Part shown: positions 23,684-30,533 of the stretch, in pieces
How positions within the stretch are numbered: position 1 is the stretch's first letter
Layout of the letters: each line of letters opens with the position of its first letter
Source: a virus
Taxonomy: Duplodnaviria > Caudoviricetes
Reading direction: 5' to 3' (one strand)
Length of the DNA: 30,533 bases
IMG/VR virus record: IMGVR_UViG_3300020162_000715
Location: 1-30,533 of that record
Position numbers and translations under genes: made by a program
The notes under the pieces: generated by a model
The model's database searches: none
Seen by the model: the letters and a program-made list of their open reading frames with translations, nothing else
Told to the model about the DNA's origin: nothing

Positions 23684-25560
23684 TACTTCGCTTCCTTCGC
23701 GATTTGGGTTTCGAAAAGGGCGCGATGCTTCGGGTCTTTCAGATCAACGAAGCCGCTCCAATTTCGATTTAGCAAAGCCTCTTTGCCCGCCTTGAAACCG
23801 CTCGCCGTGGTGAGCGACGAAAACTCATACGGCAATCGAGCGGGGTCGCTCTGCCTGTTTACGAACGCGTTGAATTTATCGAATTCGACTTGATCGATCT
23901 TCCCCGCGATTTGCAGACGACGAAGCCCGACGAAAGCTTGCGCGCGAAAATCATCGATCGACTTCGTGCCGAAGCCAAAGCGCGCCCACGTATAACCGCC
24001 GATATCAATGTTCGCCGTGACGCCCAATTTCTTCACGCCGATCTTGTCGTATACGCCAAGCGATCCGCGCATGATCGATCGACCAAAGCCGCCGCCTTGC
24101 GCGTTTTTGTTGATCGCAAGATAGGCGTGATAAACCTCGAAGCTTCCGTCGGGTTGCCGCTTGAATGTGCGATCCATCATTTCGATATCGCCGCCGCGCA
24201 TGCTGAACGTGAAGCCGAAGCGATTTGTCTTCGCGTCGATAAGCGCGCCGACTTGGCCGCGTATCTTGCCCGCGTTCGCCGCCGCCTGTCCTACCTCGCC
24301 CAGCATGTCGCCCATCATGTCGACAAGCGCGTCGGGCGTGATCTTGAGCCCATCCGCGACCTTGCGCACGGCATCCGACGCAAGGATTTCGGCGCGGTTC
24401 GCCAGCGGCTCGATACGCGCCACGGTCGGCGCTGGCGATGCCTTGGGGGGCTTCGGTTTCTTCGGCGGCTTCGGCGTCGCGACTGACGTCGGGATGCGGC
24501 GCGTTCGTGCTGTCGGGTTTGCCGGTGCGCCATGCTGTTCGACAAGTTGCGCGAGCGTGAGCGGCGATCCGTTCGTCGAAAGCAAGTCGCGTTGCGAAAT
24601 GCGCCCCTCGCGAAAGAGCGCGGCCCGGCCAACGCCGAAGACTTCGTTTTGTTCGGCGACCGGCAGGCCCGCGAAGTATGAATTGAAATCGGGCGACAGG
24701 GCGGGCGGGTTCTCAAGATCAAGCACGCTCGAAATGATCGATCGACAGCGCCAATGCAAAGCCGGTTGACGGAATGGCGTCGAATGCCCGATCGGCTCCA
24801 TCGTATCGAGCCGCCACGTCAGGCCATGCCGACCCGAACATATCAGCGTTGTGCGGCTGTCCAGCACGGCGACGTGCTGCAGACCTTCGACGACGTCGGC
24901 GTTCTGCCTGAACACGGCCATTTGCGCCTCGTTGGCGACCGACGTCACGGATGTTCGAACAAGGCTTTCAGCGTTGCGGCGCGACACGGCCATGACGCCG
25001 TCAGTGTAGTTCTTCGCGCGCGTGCCGCGAACGCGTGCGATTAGCTGCCCGATGTTCTCGCCCGATGCGACGCCGATTTGCATTTGCCGCGCGAAGTTGT
25101 CGGACAGGGCTTGGCCCTCTGCCGCCCAAAATGAAGCGGCGACGCCGCCAAGCACGACGGGTTGATCGACTAGCGCGTCGAGAACCGACGTCGGCGCGAG
25201 CGCGATCGATGCATCGGCCCCGGTTGCGTCGACGGATTTTTGCAGGCTCTTTTGCTTCCATCGCGCTTCATCGCGCGCGAGTTCGGGAAGCTCGCCCGTC
25301 GCTTCCTTGCTGATGCGATCGTAACGCGCGGCGATTTCTTCCGCGACTTCCTTTTTCAGTTTCTTGAGCCTCGCTTGCCGCTTCGCTCCGTCAGCCGGAT
25401 CGAAGTCGGCAAGCTTGGCGATCGTGTCTCGCTCAAGATCAAGCAAGAGGCGCAAGACCCGCGCATTCACATCAGACGCGTAGCGATCGCGAGTGATCGT
25501 TCGTGTGATCGCCTCGCGCGCTTCCCTGTCTGATTGTGATAAGCGCGGACGACGTGCCAC
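23683..25560 (-). CDS. MuF / SPP1 gp7-family minor head protein with a C-terminal GNAT-like extension, 625 aa
   Basis: MuF motifs AESLVRT, AVLDSRTTLIC and P.LHWRCRS; Pro/Lys linker; C-terminal YLAINKNAQGGGFGRSIM...ANIDIGGYTWARFGF. Confidence 0.85.
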   Translation of the reverse strand: MARRPRLSQSDREAREAITRTITRDRYASDVNARVLRLLLDLERDTIAKLADFDPADGAKRQARLKKLKKEVAEEIAARYDRISKEATGELPELARDEARWKQKSLQKSVDATGADASIALAPTSVLDALVDQPVVLGGVAASFWAAEGQALSDNFARQMQIGVASGENIGQLIARVRGTRAKNYTDGVMAVSRRNAESLVRTSVTSVANEAQMAVFRQNADVVEGLQHVAVLDSRTTLICSGRHGLTWRLDTMEPIGHSTPFRQPALHWRCRSIISSVLDLENPPALSPDFNSYFAGLPVAEQNEVFGVGRAALFREGRISQRDLLSTNGSPLTLAQLVEQHGAPANPTARTRRIPTSVATPKPPKKPKPPKASPAPTVARIEPLANRAEILASDAVRKVADGLKITPDALVDMMGDMLGEVGQAAANAGKIRGQVGALIDAKTNRFGFTFSMRGGDIEMMDRTFKRQPDGSFEVYHAYLAINKNAQGGGFGRSIMRGSLGVYDKIGVKKLGVTANIDIGGYTWARFGFGTKSIDDFRAQAFVGLRRLQIAGKIDQVEFDKFNAFVNRQSDPARLPYEFSSLTTASGFKAGKEALLNRNWSGFVDLKDPKHRALFETQIAKEAK

Positions 25561-25563
25561 GAA

Positions 25564-25704
25564 TTACGCGCCCGGCGCGGGCGGCTTGCCTTCGCCTTCG
25601 GTGAAGAACGTTCCGCCCGAAAGCTTGCGGATCGTCGGCCTGATGACGGCATAGAAAGCCGCGCCCACGACAACGCCGATCGCCAGAAACACGAGTTCGC
25701 CCAT
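25564..25704 (-). CDS. 46-aa single-pass membrane protein (not in the ORF track)
   Basis: GGAAAGG SD; MGELVFLAIGVVVGAAFYAVIRPTIRKLSGG...; fills the gap before MuF. Confidence 0.65.
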   Translation of the reverse strand: MGELVFLAIGVVVGAAFYAVIRPTIRKLSGGTFFTEGEGKPPAPGA

Positions 25705-25744
25705 AGCTTCAAAACCTTTCCAGATTGCCCCCAATGCGCTTCGG

Positions 25745-26209
25745 TTAGTCGCGTGAGGGTGCAGGCCACGCGCCGAATGAAGTCGTTCCCTTGATCGCTA
25801 GACGCCAATGCCAGTCGGTTCGGATAAGCAATCGCGCCGTCATGTCTTCGCTATGGCATCCGACAAACCGGATCGTCACGCCGTGCTGTACATTCAACTT
25901 GTGCATAACGCGGTTTTCAAGGTCTTCGCACATATCGTTCGCCGAAACCCATTTGATCGACTTCGTTTCCGCGATCGCTTCATGCGCGGCCCGGCTCAAT
26001 CCCTCGAAGCTCTTGTCAGGCCCTCGAAGAACCTCACGCAAGCGACTGAACACGCCCGGCCCCTTCGCAACCGTTTCAGCGCGAGCCGCATCAGCGGCCA
26101 CGCTGGCGCGTCGCGCGGCCTCTTCGTTTTCGATCTTCATCCGCTCTTTCGGCGTTAGCGGCTTCGAGAGTTCAAGCGGCGGCGTCGGCGTCTTGGTCGC
26201 GGGTTTCAT
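25745..26209 (-). CDS. hypothetical protein, 154 aa
   Basis: ATGA overlap with the portal stop; no family recognised. Confidence 0.65.
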   Translation of the reverse strand: MKPATKTPTPPLELSKPLTPKERMKIENEEAARRASVAADAARAETVAKGPGVFSRLREVLRGPDKSFEGLSRAAHEAIAETKSIKWVSANDMCEDLENRVMHKLNVQHGVTIRFVGCHSEDMTARLLIRTDWHWRLAIKGTTSFGAWPAPSRD

Positions 26210-27750
26210 GCGGCCTCGCTTTCGGCGTCAGGGGGAATAGGCGGGTCCATATTCGGCATGCCCGGAACCGTGACGGGCAGGCCGGTAAGCGGGTCGGTTG
26301 TGATCGCAGGCCCTTCCGCCTCTAGCTCGGCTTCGTTCGCCTCGGCGTCGAAGTCGCCGTCGAGAATTCCTTCGCTCTGCATTTGTCTGATGAAGGAAGG
26401 GCGAGACAGGTCGCCGCCGTTGCGCATGCCCTGCAGCGCCGTGACGCGAACCTGATCGACCGTGTTGATGCCGAATTCCGTGTTAGGCGCGAAGCTCGTT
26501 TCGGGCGGCTCGCGACGTTTCCAGATCGACAGGAATTCGACCGCGATATCGAGCGCAAGGCCAAGCGCGATAGACCATGATTGAAGGGAAGAGTTCGCCT
26601 TGTTCTGTCCAAGCGCATCCTTCGTCGCCGTCACGCCTGCCTGTTGCCGCATCAGCGGTTGATATGCCAAAATCGACATATCCTTTTCGAGCCGGTCTAG
26701 GTCTTTCTCGCCCGCCGCGATCGCCGTTCCCTGCGGCTCGATATAATAAAACTTCGACTGTGCATCGCGCGAAAACATTGTGACGTTAGGCCCGATGACG
26801 TTTTTCCCGTCAGCCCCTTTCGCCAGTTCGTCGCTGTCGACGCCAGCGCCGCCAAGCATGGGGAAGCGCGACACGGTGAGGATGGCGCGTTGATCGGATG
26901 ACGACTGCCAGTGTTCAACGTTCTTTTCGGCGAGCCCGTTCAGCGGCGGAAGCAAGCGGCCATAACTGTCGACGTTGCCGATCCGATATCGGGTGATCGG
27001 CAAAATCGGTTTGCCCTCCCATGCGATATCGAGAAAGCCTTCGGCGTCCGACCATGTTTCGGCTCCGTCGTCGCGCTCATATCGCCGCCACACGGCGACG
27101 CCGTCTTCGATACGCCACTCGAAGACGCGTTCGACCATGTAATCGCCGAAGTCTTCCTCGGCTTCGATCCACTCGGTTTCATACCATCGCGCGTATGTGC
27201 AGAACACGCGACCGCCGCGCTTCGTCACTTTGAAGTCGAGCATATTATCGGCGCTGATAAGCGAGAGGTAAGGACGACCGCCGCCGATCGTGCGCCGTAC
27301 ATCAGCGAGCGAAATCGGCTTGCCTTCCTCGGTCGGCTTCGGCAATTCCGGCGCGTCGCAAATCACATAGACTTCGCCTTTCGCCATCGCGAGCGCGAGC
27401 ATTTGTTTTGCGAAATGTTGAATGTCGTTTCCTTCGACGTCCACTTCGGCGAGCATGTCTTGCAAGTCGTCGTCGATCTTGTCCGACCATTTCATCGGCG
27501 AGCTAAAGACGGTGTCCGTCAGGTTCTCGACCGACTGCGCGAAGACGGGCAAGAGAAACGATCGCGAGAGGCGCTTCGCGTATTCTTCATCGTCTTCGTT
27601 TTTGTGCTGCGGCAGGAATTCGCTTCCCGCATCCCGCATCGCCTCTGATCCACCCATCAGCGCGTCGGCCAACGCCCAGCGCGAAACCATCATGTCGGCG
27701 TAAGCCGATCGGGTCTTCGGGTCTTTCAATGTCGATTTGACTTCGGCCAT
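26206..27750 (-). CDS. portal protein (DUF4055 / SPP1-like)
   Basis: W.L..ALMGGSEAMR.AG..FLP...E....Y..RL, RPYL, PPL..LA..N..HWQSSSD motifs and an acidic C-terminus; start probably ATG 27750. Confidence 0.92.
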   Translation of the reverse strand: MAEVKSTLKDPKTRSAYADMMVSRWALADALMGGSEAMRDAGSEFLPQHKNEDDEEYAKRLSRSFLLPVFAQSVENLTDTVFSSPMKWSDKIDDDLQDMLAEVDVEGNDIQHFAKQMLALAMAKGEVYVICDAPELPKPTEEGKPISLADVRRTIGGGRPYLSLISADNMLDFKVTKRGGRVFCTYARWYETEWIEAEEDFGDYMVERVFEWRIEDGVAVWRRYERDDGAETWSDAEGFLDIAWEGKPILPITRYRIGNVDSYGRLLPPLNGLAEKNVEHWQSSSDQRAILTVSRFPMLGGAGVDSDELAKGADGKNVIGPNVTMFSRDAQSKFYYIEPQGTAIAAGEKDLDRLEKDMSILAYQPLMRQQAGVTATKDALGQNKANSSLQSWSIALGLALDIAVEFLSIWKRREPPETSFAPNTEFGINTVDQVRVTALQGMRNGGDLSRPSFIRQMQSEGILDGDFDAEANEAELEAEGPAITTDPLTGLPVTVPGMPNMDPPIPPDAESEAA

Positions 27751-27783
27751 GCGCGCGCCCTGCAAGGTTTAGCTGACAGGGGT

Positions 27784-27797
27784 TAGGCTGTTTCGCC
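27784..27797 (-). promoter_or_regulatory. conserved late-gene motif GGCGAAACAGCCTA
   Basis: Intergenic, about 46 nt upstream of the portal ATG. Confidence 0.5.
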
Positions 27798-27912
27798 CGG
27801 CTCGCAAACCGGCCCGACAAATGCGAAGCGGCGACGAACGCCCGCCGCCGCTTCGTTTAGTGAAGGCGCGTGAGGGATCGCGCCCGTTTCATCCTCTCAA
27901 GTCGGGACGAAT

Positions 27913-28095
27913 TCAGGAAAATGGCGGCTCTAGAACGGACCATAAATCAGCGGCTCCGAACGTCGCCGTTGCGATCGCAATGTTCAGCATGACGGCGATA
28001 AGCCAGAGCCCGGCGAGGCTGAAACCGATGACGCCGACAATTCGTCTTGCAAGCTTCGGCTTGGCGCTTTGAACGGAACCGTTTTGCATTGGCAT
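27913..28095 (-). CDS. small membrane protein, 60 aa
   Basis: Basic N-terminus followed by the hydrophobic stretch IVGVIGFSLAGLWLIAVMLNIAIA; overlaps the neighbouring ORF. Confidence 0.5.
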   Translation of the reverse strand: MPMQNGSVQSAKPKLARRIVGVIGFSLAGLWLIAVMLNIAIATATFGAADLWSVLEPPFS

Positions 28096-28223
28096 CCCCG
28101 ACTAGCGGCGAGCTTCCCTTCTAATTCTTCGAACCTTTCGGCGACGAAAAACAGCGAGCCCACGAGAAGGGAATACAGTGTCGCGCTTACCAGCAAGAGC
28201 CCGAAGGGAACGGCGAGCCTCAT
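27984..28223 (-). CDS. small membrane protein, 79 aa
   Basis: ATGA coupling to the upstream 29-aa ORF; N-terminal TM segment; the 3' half overlaps the next ORF. Confidence 0.45.
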   Translation of the reverse strand: MRLAVPFGLLLVSATLYSLLVGSLFFVAERFEELEGKLAASRGCQCKTVPFKAPSRSLQDELSASSVSASPGSGLSPSC

Positions 28224-28309
28224 TTGCGCGCCAAAGGTTGCTTAGGCTTCGCGAGGTCGGGCGGATCGAAGAGAAAATCTTTCGAGCGGAAATCGATTTC
28301 GTGCGGCAT
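28220..28309 (-). CDS. 29-aa peptide MPHEIDFRSKDFLFDPPDLAKPKQPLARK
   Basis: AGGGGG SD right after the terL stop; its stop overlaps the next ATG. Confidence 0.4.
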   Translation of the reverse strand: MPHEIDFRSKDFLFDPPDLAKPKQPLARK

Positions 28310-28318
28310 GCGAGCCCC

Positions 28319-29872
28319 CTACATTTTTCCAAGCATCAAGCCTCTGCGCTCGGCAAGGCATCGATATCGAATGGGATCATACGCGTGATCTTCCCCGTCG
28401 CTGTCAACGTCGTCGGGTTTCTTTTCGTCGCGCTGCAGCTTCGGAACCGTTCGTATGATGTGCTTACAGGTGGAGAACACGAACAGGCCCGGCGCTTCCA
28501 TCGGATTGCCCTCGCCGAAGGCTTCGGATGAAACCATTCTATCGATCACATTCTTCGCGCCAGTGATGCGCGAGCCCGGCGATTTGTCGGCTTCGTCGAA
28601 GTCGACAAGCTCGCTTCGATACGTGTCGATAATCGCCTTGCCTTGGGGCGCGTTAAAGATTTGCGTATCGGCAGGCCCGCGCATGACGCGGACGCCGTGA
28701 ACGTTCTGAACCGTTCGATCCATCGCTTTAATGTCGCGCGCGATTTCGCCGTCAGTGTCGCGACGCCCTTTGTTCGGTTCGCCGTTCCATCCATAGATTT
28801 CGGCGATGCAAAACAGCGTCCCGCGCGGGAAGCGATACCAAACGCCCTTATCTATTTCGACGTCGCTTCCGTCGCTTTCCGCGAACCAGATCGTGCAATG
28901 CGGCGACGCCGCTCCCCAATCATGCGCGCGATCGACGCGCCAGTGTGACGGGATAAGAAACGGCTTGATGACGTGCGTGTCGTTCGACCATACGCCAGAG
29001 AAGAAACCGCCAACCGACAAATCCCATCGGCCTTCGATCCACGCCGCGCGCTTGGCCTTGTCGCTTGGCATGATGCGGGCGAGGTATGACGGATCGGCCT
29101 TCATCATGTGATCGTTGTCGCGGAAGTCCAAGCGAACATGCGTGCGCGTAATTTTGAACGTCTCGCGATGCGTGCCGAAATCGATTTCGCGCGCTTCATC
29201 GATCATTTGCATTTGCGCGCCTGCGTCGATGAACCTTTCTTTCACCCACCATGCGCCCGGCCCCCAAGGGTTAGTCGCCGATCGCACGCGCGGACGAACC
29301 AGCGGGTTCGAAGATCGCACGCAAGAAATGATATCGAAGTATAGGCCCGGCTCATGCCAGTTGCACAATTCGTCGAAGCCCAGCCACGGCCACTCTTGCC
29401 CTAGGTATTGCGAAATGTCTTCGGGGCGCTTCGCGTGACGAAACAGAAGCTTCGCGCCATCGGGAAACGTCCAGCCTAGCGCGTCGGCGCTCGCATGAAA
29501 CTTCGCGCCGGGGATCAATTGTGGAATGCGCTTTTTTGAACGCTCAACAATGTCGGCGAGGTCTTTGTATTCGCGACGAAGGATAAGACCGCGCCAATCG
29601 CCTTTCGCGCCCTTGCCCACATCGTTGCAGAAATCCGCCAGAAGCCAATCCGACTTGCCGCCGCCGCGATTTCCCCACGCGAGCATTTCGAACGCGGGCG
29701 ACGCCATCAAGAAATTTTGGATGAAGGTCGGACGCCATGCTTCGGGAACGATGACGCCTGTCGGCGTTTTGTAATAGGTCTTGAGCGCGTCGGCCTTGGC
29801 TTCCTCGGCCTTCGCGTTCGGCGGAACGATCTTCGTCGTCTGCTGTGATTTGAATTTAGCCCAAGGCGTCAC
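28319..29872 (-). CDS. terL: terminase large subunit
   Basis: Walker A GNRGGGKS, Walker B WLGFDEL, ATNPWGPG coupling motif, nuclease residues DWG...P and EDHAYD. Confidence 0.95.
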   Translation of the reverse strand: MTPWAKFKSQQTTKIVPPNAKAEEAKADALKTYYKTPTGVIVPEAWRPTFIQNFLMASPAFEMLAWGNRGGGKSDWLLADFCNDVGKGAKGDWRGLILRREYKDLADIVERSKKRIPQLIPGAKFHASADALGWTFPDGAKLLFRHAKRPEDISQYLGQEWPWLGFDELCNWHEPGLYFDIISCVRSSNPLVRPRVRSATNPWGPGAWWVKERFIDAGAQMQMIDEAREIDFGTHRETFKITRTHVRLDFRDNDHMMKADPSYLARIMPSDKAKRAAWIEGRWDLSVGGFFSGVWSNDTHVIKPFLIPSHWRVDRAHDWGAASPHCTIWFAESDGSDVEIDKGVWYRFPRGTLFCIAEIYGWNGEPNKGRRDTDGEIARDIKAMDRTVQNVHGVRVMRGPADTQIFNAPQGKAIIDTYRSELVDFDEADKSPGSRITGAKNVIDRMVSSEAFGEGNPMEAPGLFVFSTCKHIIRTVPKLQRDEKKPDDVDSDGEDHAYDPIRYRCLAERRGLMLGKM

Positions 29873-30510
29873 AACGCCTTACCCTCGATAAGACCCTTGT
29901 CCATCTTCGCGCGCTCTTCGGCGATCTTGCGCGCCTGCTCTTCCCACTCTTCGCGAGAGGCGACAGGCGTTCGAACGAAAACGGCTTGCTCAATGTTGAA
30001 CGTGTCGCCCTTGTCGCTTGGCATCTTCGTCAATTGGAAAACTTCGGCGAGCTTGAAAAGCGCCGCCTGACGATCCGCGATTTCGATCGCGAGCGAGTTC
30101 GACTTCCCCCAAGTTCGGGTAATTTTCTTGACGCGCCGCCGAAGCTCTTCGGGGAGTTCGGCGCTGTCTTTCAGGTCGACGCTGTTGCCCGTCCATCTCG
30201 CGAAATCGCCCATTGATGTTCGGGCGTCTTGCGCGAGTTCGTCGACGATCCACGCTTTCGTTAGTCCCGTGCGTTGCGTGGTAAGCTCGGCGACTGCCTC
30301 GGCGATGTTAGCATTTCTTAGCAGGCGATGGGCTTCGACATACGCGCCGCTTTCCGCGTATCCGGCCCGGATCGCGGCTGCGCCGCCGTTCAAGTCGATC
30401 ATGTATTCTTCGACGAAACGCCTTTGCTTGCCTTTCAAGGCATCAAATTTCGGCGTCTTCGATTTCTCTTCGGGCGGGCTTCCCGCTACCGGCGCGACTG
30501 CTGTCGTCAT
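29869..30510 (-). CDS. terS: terminase small subunit
   Basis: KQRRFVEEYMIDLNGGAAAIRAGY...A..LLRN HTH motif; GTGA overlap with terL. Confidence 0.93.
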   Translation of the reverse strand: MTTAVAPVAGSPPEEKSKTPKFDALKGKQRRFVEEYMIDLNGGAAAIRAGYAESGAYVEAHRLLRNANIAEAVAELTTQRTGLTKAWIVDELAQDARTSMGDFARWTGNSVDLKDSAELPEELRRRVKKITRTWGKSNSLAIEIADRQAALFKLAEVFQLTKMPSDKGDTFNIEQAVFVRTPVASREEWEEQARKIAEERAKMDKGLIEGKAL

Positions 30511-30533
30511 GTTTCGAGCTTCTCGAAAATGAA

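Noticed and set aside
28102-28332. 76-aa Arg-rich ORF after terL
   Set aside because: Its composition is typical of an off-frame shadow; the 29-aa and TM ORFs have better SD and coupling signals.
318-30532. Numerous plus-strand ORFs (e.g. 21555-22511, 6906-7607, 26911-27648)
   Set aside because: They are antisense shadows of well-supported minus-strand genes in GC-rich DNA, with no recognisable motifs.

Overview
The window is the late (morphogenesis and lysis) operon of a GC-rich siphovirus or prophage, encoded on the minus strand. Read from the right end, the gene order is: terminase small and large subunits, small membrane ORFs, portal, MuF minor head protein with a C-terminal extension, scaffold, major capsid, head-tail joining genes, tail tube, frameshifted tail chaperones, tape measure, tail tip, a 2006-aa repeat-rich central fibre, two tip proteins, a Cor-like lipoprotein, endolysin and two-component spanins. 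The host is probably alphaproteobacterial, inferred from apparent GANTC depletion. Four observations stand out. (1) A MuF protein carries a GNAT-acetyltransferase-like C-terminal domain, followed by an unannotated, translationally coupled, very acidic 55-aa ORF; this looks like a virion-delivered effector/immunity pair. (2) A head-closure-like domain is tandemly duplicated and fused to about 30 units of a 21-aa repeat, probably starts at CTG, and lies directly behind a small beta-rich protein with its own promoter-like motif; together they are a candidate templated neck-fibre system. (3) A 14-nt motif (GGCGAAACACCTTA-like) occurs at seven gene-start positions and is a candidate phage-specific late promoter. 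(4) A lambda-type GGGAAAG -1 frameshift joins the tail chaperone ORFs. All family calls come from motif recognition and synteny; no searches were run.
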